From: Pseudomonadota bacterium
GTDB taxonomy: Bacteria > Desulfobacterota > UBA8473
DNA: 64,000 nt
Direction of reading: 5' to 3'
Assembly (NCBI GenBank): GCA_043825855.1
Contig: JBDRRJ010000009.1
Span: forward strand, 17,866-81,865
The number at the start of each line of letters is the position of its first letter. Within the stretch, counting starts at the first letter, position 1. The notes beneath the pieces were generated by a model. The model was not told the DNA's origin and ran no database searches. It saw only the letters and a program-made list of their open reading frames with translations. A program made the translations under genes and the position numbers. Shown piece after piece: positions 9,741 through 17,233 of this stretch.

Positions 9741-10395
9741 CGGTTATCTCCTTTAATCCGCTTGCCTTCATTGCTCTTTCGATACCTATTGCCACAGTTA
9801 GCACAGGTCTCCAGTCGCCATGAGACCGGTGGTGTATTATTGACATAACCCCTGCCGATATCTCGACTCCAAGCGATTTCTGAAAAAAAAGGGCTATGTC
9901 CGGCTGAATCACCGGTGTAAACTCCATCTTCTGCCTGATCCTGCTGGCTATTCGGCGATGCCTCGTCACTTTCGTTTTAAGTTCATCTTCTCCAATCAGC
10001 AGGATAGGGCAGGAGTATCTCTCATTCAGCCCCCGCAACATCTCCAGTACTGGCATTGCCAACAGATCAGCCTCGTCAATTATCACCAGCCGTCTCTCTC
10101 TGCCCAGTTCATCCCCGATCAGGTTGAGGCACGTTTCTGAATTTCTTGGTTTAATTTTGCATAATTCGAAAGTGATTTCCCGAAGCAGCATTGATGCTGA
10201 TCTTATATTCAGTGGAGGCAGATATATAGCAGACGACGAGGCTGCATAGTGTTTGGCAGCCTCCGACTTTCCTCGGCCTGCAGGTCCTGTCACCATTGCA
10301 AGAGACGGCCCGATCATGCTCTCAGGGTCTTCCAGCTCTCTGCAGATACTATCAAAGGCGTTTATGTTCTTAGTGTTCACAAAGACATTCTTCAT
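9706..10395 (-). CDS. MuB-like AAA+ DNA transposition ATPase
   Basis: Walker A GPAGRGKSEAAKHYAA and Walker B LVIIDEADLL, sited immediately downstream of the transposase. Confidence 0.8.
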   Translation of the reverse strand: MKNVFVNTKNINAFDSICRELEDPESMIGPSLAMVTGPAGRGKSEAAKHYAASSSAIYLPPLNIRSASMLLREITFELCKIKPRNSETCLNLIGDELGRERRLVIIDEADLLAMPVLEMLRGLNERYSCPILLIGEDELKTKVTRHRRIASRIRQKMEFTPVIQPDIALFFQKSLGVEISAGVMSIIHHRSHGDWRPVLTVAIGIERAMKASGLKEITDELANDICKNT

Positions 10396-10413
10396 GTTGC
10401 GCTCCTTTACTCT

Positions 10414-10467
10414 TTGTTATCCGTTATCCGATGTCCGTTTTTATCGGTGAACCGTGAACGGTGAACG
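10414..10467. repeat. Inverted copy of the CCGTT-heptamer iteron element seen at 3355..3450, in the MuA-MuB intergenic region
   Basis: gttatccgttatccgatgtccgtttttatcggtgaaccgtgaacggtgaacg, which is approximately the reverse complement of the 3355-3450 element. Confidence 0.6.
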
Positions 10468-10471
10468 TATA

Positions 10472-12736
10472 TTATGAATAAGTCCCATATTTCCTCACCA
10501 TCTCCCAATACTCTCTCTGCCCTTCAGTCATTCTATTTTCATAATCGAGTTTAAAAGCCTGGTCAGATTCGTTTAGCTCACCGCCTGCGATTTCGTAGTC
10601 CACACAGAATGTGTATCTGGTCAGATCGTTCAGGAAGTATGTTGGTCTAACAGGCAGGGGTTTTATTCTGATGTTGTTTTTGCTTTTTTCTGCCTGAGCC
10701 TCCAGCTCTGCCATCTCTGCCTTCAGCTCTTCATCGGTCCATTCTCTGTTCAGCTCATACTGTTCGTCTGCCCTTTTCTTTTTATCCCTGCCTATAAGTG
10801 CGGCTGCTTTTTCTACAGATGATATTTTGGAGTGCTGTATAAAGTCTGGAATATTTGATGTGAGCTGTCTGTATTCTGCGATGCATTCCTTCCGGCGGCG
10901 GGCTTTCTCTTCAATCTTTTTCTCTGCTATGCCCTTGTTTTTCATGCTTGAGTATTCCACTAACTCTGCCTGGCAGAGATATTCACCCTTCGTGAATACA
11001 AGCAGCCATTCGGGATCCATCGGGTCATACCTGATCTCAACCTTTTCGCCTTTTTCAAGGTTGATGGGTATTAGAGCATCGTGCTCATACAGCTCGTTCC
11101 TGAATGTTATCCTGCCCCTGTCCACGCTCCTGGCATCCCTGGCAAGGAATATGAGGTCGGTGGTATCATTGTTTAGATATGTCGGCTGCCAGCCGTCCTG
11201 ACAGCACATCTTCAGGCAGTCCATAGGGGTTATTTCTCTGGGTTTTGGTCTCCATACCCATTCTTTTCTCACTCCCCTGTGGGCTTTAGTTTTGTTGTAG
11301 AAGTCCATTGCTTTATAAAGAATTACCCTGAACTCGCTGAAGGTGAGAAGTTTTCCGGCTTTTGCAAGTTTTTCGATCTCCTTCTGATCGACTTCCTGTT
11401 CTTCCTGGGATGCCGTCAGACGTTTCACGTATCCGGGAACCATGAACGTATTTCTTAATAACTGTTCAAATATGCTGAACGTCCCCTCGATCATTTTGGC
11501 TTTAGCATTTCGGACGATAGCCTTTCTGTGCATTCCGGGGATAATCACGCATGGATTGATCTCTTCAGGGTCTATGTCAACAGAACAGGCAGGGATATCT
11601 ATAACATTCTCGGCACTCATATGCAGTGATCGGATGTCTTTCATTATGCTCTGGATGTATTTTGATTCTTCCGGTTTGCCGTGGTCTGTGTAGATGGATC
11701 CAAATGCCCCGAATATCTTTACCCCGATACGCAGTGCCAGACCCATTAGCTGGCTGTCATACTTTCTGTCGACTGCGCCGCCATAGAAACACCGTGTCCT
11801 GAGATCCTGCCAGAAATATCCCTCTGGTCTGAATACCTCTCCGGTGTCGTCATCCACCACCCAGAAATCAAACCTATGCTGATCCCCGACGAGGATCTCA
11901 AACGGAGCGAGGTCGGAATAATTTCTGAGAACAGGTGGCAGGGTGTTGTCCAGGGCCCTGACTCCACCTCTTTGCAGGGCAAGAAGCTGAGGGGTGACCC
12001 TCTTCTTGAGCCACCAGAGTGCGCTCTCGTATCCGCCTATATCCCAGCCCCTCTTAGTTGCCTCTTCCTGCAGGATGGCATAAAGTTTCTTTTTGCCGTC
12101 TTTGGCGAGTTTTCTGTGTTCCTTCTTTAAACATAGTCCAACCCACCAGTCTATAGCCTCCGGAGTCCACGTCTTTGCCTGCTTGGGCTTGCTGTGTTTC
12201 AGCCCGGCAAGTCCGCCTTTTTCGTATTTCTGTATTTTTCTATATATAGTAGATATAGTGGTGTCGTGTTTTAGAGCTACAGCCTCGATCCACTCTCTCT
12301 TTTTCCATCCTCTGGGTACGTTGAGTGCTTCCTGAACTATCCGGCTCGATTTCTGCACTCCTTCGTCATGCAGTATATTTATATTTATAGCTGTGTTGCC
12401 TGACCATGCATCTGATCCGCCTGTGGAGGCTGATGACATCGACATGTCAGGGAGATATTTATTTGCAACCTCAATGGCTGCCTCCGGGGCAAGGGATGAT
12501 ATGAGAAGAGGGGATACGTCGTGTTCGGTGACGTATCTTTTTTGTGCATCAGGGGAAAGACATGAGAGGGCTATTTTGGTGATTACACCATTTTTACCCC
12601 CTCCATTCGGTGCAGGTACCTGTGATACTTTTTTGTAATAACCAGAGTTAATCCTTCTCTGAATTGTCTTTTCTGAGCAATTTTCGATGTCCACCACCTG
12701 TTTTTGAGTTAAATAGATGTCATCCATACGCAACAC
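10472..12736 (-). CDS. MuA-like DDE transposase (N-terminal DNA-binding domains, rve core, Mu transposase C-terminal)
   Basis: 754 aa sitting between Ner and B. It has HTH-like N-terminal domains and a DDE integrase-like core (…VGDQHRFDFWVVDD…). Confidence 0.85.
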   Translation of the reverse strand: MLRMDDIYLTQKQVVDIENCSEKTIQRRINSGYYKKVSQVPAPNGGGKNGVITKIALSCLSPDAQKRYVTEHDVSPLLISSLAPEAAIEVANKYLPDMSMSSASTGGSDAWSGNTAININILHDEGVQKSSRIVQEALNVPRGWKKREWIEAVALKHDTTISTIYRKIQKYEKGGLAGLKHSKPKQAKTWTPEAIDWWVGLCLKKEHRKLAKDGKKKLYAILQEEATKRGWDIGGYESALWWLKKRVTPQLLALQRGGVRALDNTLPPVLRNYSDLAPFEILVGDQHRFDFWVVDDDTGEVFRPEGYFWQDLRTRCFYGGAVDRKYDSQLMGLALRIGVKIFGAFGSIYTDHGKPEESKYIQSIMKDIRSLHMSAENVIDIPACSVDIDPEEINPCVIIPGMHRKAIVRNAKAKMIEGTFSIFEQLLRNTFMVPGYVKRLTASQEEQEVDQKEIEKLAKAGKLLTFSEFRVILYKAMDFYNKTKAHRGVRKEWVWRPKPREITPMDCLKMCCQDGWQPTYLNNDTTDLIFLARDARSVDRGRITFRNELYEHDALIPINLEKGEKVEIRYDPMDPEWLLVFTKGEYLCQAELVEYSSMKNKGIAEKKIEEKARRRKECIAEYRQLTSNIPDFIQHSKISSVEKAAALIGRDKKKRADEQYELNREWTDEELKAEMAELEAQAEKSKNNIRIKPLPVRPTYFLNDLTRYTFCVDYEIAGGELNESDQAFKLDYENRMTEGQREYWEMVRKYGTYS

Positions 12737-12831
12737 CTTATTATTATTAAAGAAAATTAGAAAAAGTTGCTCTCAAAAATGGCTGATTTCGATGTCCACC
12801 ACCTGTCCACCACCTATGGGAGGTGGTGGAC
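12682..12831. repeat. A 19-bp direct repeat, TTTCGATGTCCACCACCTG (12682-12700 and 12787-12805), plus a perfect 11-bp-stem hairpin GTCCACCACCT-atggg-AGGTGGTGGAC (12805-12831), around and upstream of the MuA start codon
   Basis: Read directly from the sequence. Copy 1 lies inside MuA codons 12-18 (QVVDIEN). Copy 2 and the hairpin lie in the leader between the 160-aa ORF and MuA. Confidence 0.6.
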
Positions 12832-12835
12832 ATTT

Positions 12836-13318
12836 TCATACTTCCTTCAATCCATCGAGAAGGGCTCTTCTCTTTTTGATCCCCTTATTGATTTTATCCC
12901 TCTGTTCCAGGAGTTTCTGTATGTCTGCCCTCAACGCTTCTTTGCCGGGCAGCACAAATACACCAGCTTTCATGCCCAGAAAATCAAGGAGCCCGGAGCT
13001 CTCCACGGAAATACAGAATGCAGGAGCAAAAATAGCCGGAAAGCGGTGGAGCTCTTTGCTCTCCGCAGTCCAGCTATCCAACATACTCTTGGTGATCTCA
13101 GTACCTGTAAGCTCGCTCATCCGGCCTGCTACGTGATACCGAGAGTATGGACATTTTTTGAGTTCGGCTGAAATCAATTCCCTGAATTCGATGTCTATGT
13201 TAAGGGAGCCTGCTTTGGGTAAACTATCCTCTTCCTGAGCCTTTTTCAGTATGTCAAAGAGGCTGAGTTGCTTGTCGTTGTTTTTGTCTATTCTTTTTCG
13301 TAACTTAGACATTGACAT
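12836..13318 (-). CDS. Hypothetical early protein between ner and A
   Basis: 160-aa basic protein with no recognised domain. Confidence 0.35.
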   Translation of the reverse strand: MSMSKLRKRIDKNNDKQLSLFDILKKAQEEDSLPKAGSLNIDIEFRELISAELKKCPYSRYHVAGRMSELTGTEITKSMLDSWTAESKELHRFPAIFAPAFCISVESSGLLDFLGMKAGVFVLPGKEALRADIQKLLEQRDKINKGIKKRRALLDGLKEV

Positions 13319-13415
13319 TGCTCAAAAAAAATTATAGAGTGCCCCTAACAGCCAGGACAATGATCAACCGCGCCCAGTATGATCGTATTGTCCCTTTTTG
13401 GCTGTTAGGGGGTTT

Positions 13416-13616
13416 TTATGCTGCTTTCTTAGGTGAAAAGAGCTTATCAATAGGGACCCCAAGCTCTCTGGCAATAGCCTCCTGGGTTGGCCTGGGATGT
13501 TTGCGCCCATAATATGTCTGAGATGTCCATGTCCTAGACCTGCCTATACGGATGGAAAGTTCGGTTATCGTTATTTCCTTTTCGATTAAAAGATGCCGTT
13601 TATCCTTAATGTTCAT
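13416..13616 (-). CDS. Ner-like DNA-binding protein (Mu Ner / Cro analogue)
   Basis: 66 aa; …TELSIRIGRSRTWTSQTYYGRKHPRPTQEAIARELGVPIDKLF aligns with Mu Ner …LSRQFGYAPTTLANALERHWPKGEQIIANALETKPEVIW. It is divergent from the c repressor. Confidence 0.55.
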   Translation of the reverse strand: MNIKDKRHLLIEKEITITELSIRIGRSRTWTSQTYYGRKHPRPTQEAIARELGVPIDKLFSPKKAA

Positions 13617-13747
13617 TTGTTGTCCTCTTAATAATTAACGTTTGACAACCACCAAAACCAATATAATCGCATAGCAATCAAAATAATTTAACTACCATTG
13701 GAGATAGAATACAAAAAGTCAGAAATGACAATAAGTTATCTCAACGT
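13617..13747. promoter_or_regulatory. Divergent c/ner switch region. Candidate plus-strand promoter with TTGACA (13642-13647) and TATAAT (13662-13667), although the spacer is only 14 nt.
   Basis: 131-bp AT-rich interval between divergent repressor genes. The hexamers were read directly; the spacing is suboptimal. Confidence 0.35.
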
Positions 13748-14344
13748 ATGTTTGCGGAAAACATTGGTATATCTCAGAGCTATCTATCGGAGCTTGAACA
13801 GAACAAAAAACCACCATCGGAACCAATTCTACTGGCCATAGAATATCGCTATGCTATACCAAAAGACTGGCTTCTCACTGGTGAAGGGGAGAAGGAAAAA
13901 ATTTCTGGCCCGCCATCCATAGCTGAACCCAGGGCGCCTTATATCCCTCCCATACCTGGTGTGATCCCCTTAAGAATAATCCCTGTTCTCGGCAGGGTTC
14001 CTGCAGGCTTTCCGGATCAGATACCGGAACAGGAAATCATAGAATATATAAAATGCCCCGATGGTCAATCAGGCTCTTATGCGCTGATCGTAAAGGGCGA
14101 AAACATGTCGCCGACAATAAAGGACGGTGACTATGTATTATTTATAAATAACGGTGATATCAAAAACGGGGATGTGATAGTTGTGAATAATGAGTGGGGT
14201 GATTCGATGATAAAACGTTATAGAGAGAAAGAAGGGGATATCCTGCTAACCAGCGACAACCCGGAATATCCAAGTTATAAGCCAAATGAGCAATACAGAA
14301 TCATAGGGAAAGTTGTAGGAGCTTGGCGGAATATAAAGGTGTAA
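13697..14344 (+). CDS. c repressor, CI/LexA-type: XRE-family HTH followed by an S24 peptidase (autocleavage) domain. The likely start is the non-ATG codon ATT at 13697; the ORF-track start at ATG 13748 truncates HTH helix 1.
   Basis: In-frame upstream translation gives TIGDRIQKVRNDNKLSQRMFAENIGISQSYLSELEQNKK, a complete XRE HTH. The C-terminus, LIVKGENMSPTIKDGDYVLFINNGDIKNGDVIVV…MIKRY, is LexA/S24-like. The only in-frame candidate start between the stop at 13664 and the ATG at 13748 is ATT. Confidence 0.75.
   Translation: MGDRIQKVRNDNKLSQRMFAENIGISQSYLSELEQNKKPPSEPILLAIEYRYAIPKDWLLTGEGEKEKISGPPSIAEPRAPYIPPIPGVIPLRIIPVLGRVPAGFPDQIPEQEIIEYIKCPDGQSGSYALIVKGENMSPTIKDGDYVLFINNGDIKNGDVIVVNNEWGDSMIKRYREKEGDILLTSDNPEYPSYKPNEQYRIIGKVVGAWRNIKV
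14281..14342. repeat. Copy 1 of a ~62-bp imperfect direct repeat, formed by the 3-prime end of the c repressor gene. Copy 2 is at 17171..17233.
   Basis: gccaaatgagcaatacagaatcatagggaaagttgtaggagcttggcggaatataaaggtgta compared with gccaaacgagcattattattatcataggaaaagttgtaggggcttggcggaatataaaagtgta. The last 42 nt match at 39 of 42 positions, and the upstream similarity crosses a reading-frame shift. Confidence 0.7.
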
Positions 14345-14365
14345 AGATTAAAAGAGGGATCAAAA

Positions 14366-14797
14366 ATGAAATCACTAGTTATTCAGTGGCTCGTTGGACT
14401 TACAATCTCCCTGGGTATTGGTCAAATAGTCACTTGGGGTTTCTTGAAATGCTTGCGATCGTGCATCAAAATACCGGAGGGTATATTTTCAAGCGAAAGA
14501 TTTAAGGGCGTTCCTCCTTGGCTCATTGGAACAATTGAACGGATATTTTTTACATTTATCGTTGCGTTTGATATTTCTGGATTCGCAACAGCAATGATCT
14601 TATGGATTGCGACCAAAATGCTTTCAGGTTGGCACCGGGCAGTGCCAGGTATTAGAGTTCGACTGAATGATGAAGAATATGAACTGAATCACAGAGACAT
14701 TGTACCGGTTTCTTTTTCTTCTCTTCTTGGAAATTTGGTTTCTATGTTTTTTGCTTTGATAGGCGGATTAATCTGTCAGGGGAGGATATGGTGGTAA
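14366..14797 (+). CDS. Four-TM membrane protein encoded immediately downstream of the c repressor and probably co-transcribed with it (RexB-like position and topology)
   Basis: 143 aa with four hydrophobic segments. An RBS (aagaggga) lies 8 nt upstream, and the gene starts only 21 bp after the repressor stop. Confidence 0.5.
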   Translation: MKSLVIQWLVGLTISLGIGQIVTWGFLKCLRSCIKIPEGIFSSERFKGVPPWLIGTIERIFFTFIVAFDISGFATAMILWIATKMLSGWHRAVPGIRVRLNDEEYELNHRDIVPVSFSSLLGNLVSMFFALIGGLICQGRIWW

Positions 14798-14996
14798 AAA
14801 TACACAAGCATTTAATTGAGTGGTTAATATGCAAAAGTTGGTGTTAGTTGGTACTATATAATTGTTTGTTCGACTCGAAGAAGAGGAATATATTATGACT
14901 ATCAGCACAAAGTTTTCGAGGAAATTAATTGATTTACCTTCAGTTTATGGAATATAAGGAATGCTGTCAATGTGGATAACTGAAAGGAGGAAGGCT

Positions 14997-15344
14997 ATGG
15001 TTTTGAAAGAGATATTAGAAAAAATTAGGCTGGTCGATATTCAAACTACTGTAAAGGACGTATTCAAGAGCAAACAGTTTGGATTAGTAAATATAGAAAA
15101 AAATATTTACAACCTCGACATGTCTGACGAGAAGGCAAAAAATTTTATTGCCATAAAAGTAGATGAAGCTCTTGAAAGAAAAGTAAAAGAAGCGGCAATA
15201 AAGCGTTTAGAGCCGATCGGTGACGCTATAGATTTATTGTCGGCATCTACTGCCACTTCAATCGTTGCTTCAACTATGACGACCGCCACTTTAGACATAA
15301 TTGCTCCTTTACCTAAAATAACTATTAAGGGTCATGAAGAATAA
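14997..15344 (+). CDS. Hypothetical cargo protein. Start moved from the ORF-track position to the ATG at 14997, which has a strong RBS (aaaggaggaagg).
   Basis: 115 aa (MVLKEILEKIR…) with no recognised domain. Confidence 0.4.
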   Translation: MVLKEILEKIRLVDIQTTVKDVFKSKQFGLVNIEKNIYNLDMSDEKAKNFIAIKVDEALERKVKEAAIKRLEPIGDAIDLLSASTATSIVASTMTTATLDIIAPLPKITIKGHEE

Positions 15345-15438
15345 TAAATACCGGCTACGTTTCGGCTACGAAAAATAGTTAAAAGTGTCTTTTTTGTGTC
15401 GTTCAATTTAAATGTTATAGGTCATAAGGAGACTAATT

Positions 15439-15722
15439 ATGGGAAAGAAAAGCGGAAGTTTTGATGAAAAAGGTATTGAAGAATTAGCCAAAGATAAACC
15501 CGTCGTATACAAAATTGAAGACGACAAAGGCAATACCCTCTATGCAGGTGTTGCAAAAAGAGGGAGAGTTGAAGAACGCATCAAAGAACATTTGCCCGGG
15601 GTCCTGTACGTGGTGGGGTGAAAGTTCGAATTCAGCAAAAACCGAGTATTATGGACGCGGAAAAAGCCGAGGCTAGAATAATAAAGAAACAACAACCACC
15701 TCAGAATAAGAAAGGCAAGTGA
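15439..15722 (+). pseudogene. Small GIY-YIG-family nuclease gene interrupted by a frameshift in a G4 run (15615-15618). Either a pseudogene, a programmed frameshift or a sequencing error.
   Basis: Frame 1 gives …PVVYKIEDDKGNTLYAGVAKRGRVEERIKEHLPGVLYVVG* (GIY-YIG motifs VYKI…LYAGVA…R…EH). Frame 3, read from 15615, continues …GVKVRIQQKPSIMDAEKAEARIIKKQQPPQNKKGK*, which matches the GIY-YIG C-terminal helix and the E/N residues. Confidence 0.45.
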
Positions 15723-15913
15723 CTTATAACAAATCACTTCACCGCAACCCAACTGCACTTCGCTTCGGTGAGTGTAGCGATAGGCCTTCTTATCAAAACG
15801 CCTATTGCTCCACTATTCGAGAAGGTCCATATATAGACCAGTGAGAAAGAAACAAATTACAACTGGGAAAATACAAATAATCAAAATAGTTAATATTGAT
15901 TAATCCATAGTGA

Positions 15914-16414
15914 ATGTCTATGCGGGATAGAATTTGGAATAATTTATACAATATTAAGTTCAAGGCTTTATATACTTGTGAATGTTCTAAAATAGCCGAG
16001 AGGGTTGGACGTTTTTTCTCTTTATTTATAGCTCTTGCCTCTGCTGGCAGTATTGCAACATGGGCAGTTTGGAAAGAAATACCTTCTGTGTGGGCATCTA
16101 TTATTGCAGTTTCCCAGGTATTACATATCACAAAGCATTACATCCCCTTTATCAAAAATGACAAATCGCTTCTTGAGTTGTCGTACGAATTTGAATCACT
16201 CTATATTGAATTTGAAAAACTTTGGTACTCCCTCGAAAATGAAAAAATAACCACTGACGAAGCAGAACAAAAATTTTATGAACTGCGTAACCAAGCATTG
16301 AATATTGAAAAAAATCATAAAGAAATCCATTGCCCAGATTTTAAGAGTTGGAAAGAAAAAGTTAATGAGGCAACAGAGAGTGCTATCAAAATCCATTTTT
16401 CAAAAGGAGATTAA
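15914..16414 (+). CDS. Two-TM membrane protein with a C-terminal helical domain, SLATT-like effector architecture
   Basis: 166 aa with two TM helices (FFSLFIALASAGSIATWAVW and IPSVWASIIAVSQVLHI) followed by a helical, charged C-terminal region. The size and topology match SLATT-domain effectors. Confidence 0.4.
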   Translation: MSMRDRIWNNLYNIKFKALYTCECSKIAERVGRFFSLFIALASAGSIATWAVWKEIPSVWASIIAVSQVLHITKHYIPFIKNDKSLLELSYEFESLYIEFEKLWYSLENEKITTDEAEQKFYELRNQALNIEKNHKEIHCPDFKSWKEKVNEATESAIKIHFSKGD

Positions 16415-16416
16415 TC

Positions 16417-16548
16417 ATGGCAAAAGGAAAACCTTCTCCCCCACCACCTAGGCCAAAACCAAATCGAACTTCGCCGCCGCCTTTTACGCATAGTGTACCA
16501 GATGCTCCAAAAATTCCACCACCTCCCCCACCCAAAAAAGGAAAATAA
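16417..16548 (+). CDS. Proline-rich basic micropeptide of 43 aa, translationally coupled to the 2-TM gene. It is below the ORF-track length cutoff.
   Basis: MAKGKPSPPPPRPKPNRTSPPPFTHSVPDAPKIPPPPPPKKGK. The ATG sits 2 nt after the upstream stop, with an RBS (aaaaggaga) 7 nt upstream. The peptide contains PPPP, PPP and PPPPPP runs. Confidence 0.4.
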   Translation: MAKGKPSPPPPRPKPNRTSPPPFTHSVPDAPKIPPPPPPKKGK

Positions 16549-17170
16549 TGGCATAACAATTGGAGTAACTTGAGACCGGGAAGCCCGGGATTCTTGCGAT
16601 CATGTCAGTGGCGGCGCACATTACTTCGAACAAAGGTGGTATAAGAATATATTGTTCAAAAATGTAAAAAGTAGTACAAAAATGTTCATTAGTAACCTAT
16701 CCATATCAATTCTTCCCATCCCCAAACAATAGATTACACAAAAAAATTGATTTATTTTCTATGGCTTCGTAAAAAGTCTATCTGCGGCTTTGTGCCGAAT
16801 CCTCCGTCGTTGCGGCATATTCCTAAGTACGCGCCTCACTCCTCAGGATTTGTGCGCCTTGTATCCGGGGTTTTATGCTTATTCTAAGGAGACTTCGGCA
16901 TGTTTTATGCGGTATATTATATATTGTGTTAGTCCGCTCGTCTCACTCAATGGCCCCGGAGAATTCGGGGCACGGAAGTTATAGGACAGGTAACTCTCAT
17001 GCAATGGTCAGACAAATCAGCCGTCGCGTTAGGAAGGGGATGTCGTACGACCGATTCACGTCTGTCTCAACTATGCTCCGCTACTGTCAGCGGGATGGCC
17101 CTGCTGGCGCTGGCCAGCTGGCAGATGAATGCGCTGTTCTTGTCCGGACAGTGGGCTACCTATATTTTAA

Positions 17171-17233
17171 GCCAAACGAGCATTATTATTATCATAGGAA
17201 AAGTTGTAGGGGCTTGGCGGAATATAAAAGTGT
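17171..17233. repeat. Copy 2 of the ~62-bp direct repeat, a remnant of a repressor 3-prime end, at the far side of the cargo cassette
   Basis: See 14281..14342. Only the final 13 codons (IGKVVGAWRNIKV) of ORF 16999..17247 resemble the repressor. Confidence 0.7.

Noticed and set aside
12717-13171. Plus-strand ORFs 12717..13136 and 12767..13171 upstream of MuA
   Set aside because: They overlap the minus-strand 160-aa early ORF and the hairpin and repeat leader. They have no RBS or domain support, and the Gly and Pro runs arise from the GGTGGTGG repeat.
16575-16598. Hairpin CCGGG-aag-CCCGG after the micropeptide ORF as a rho-independent terminator
   Set aside because: It has only a 5-bp stem and no convincing downstream U-tract (gattcttg). 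It is too weak to call.
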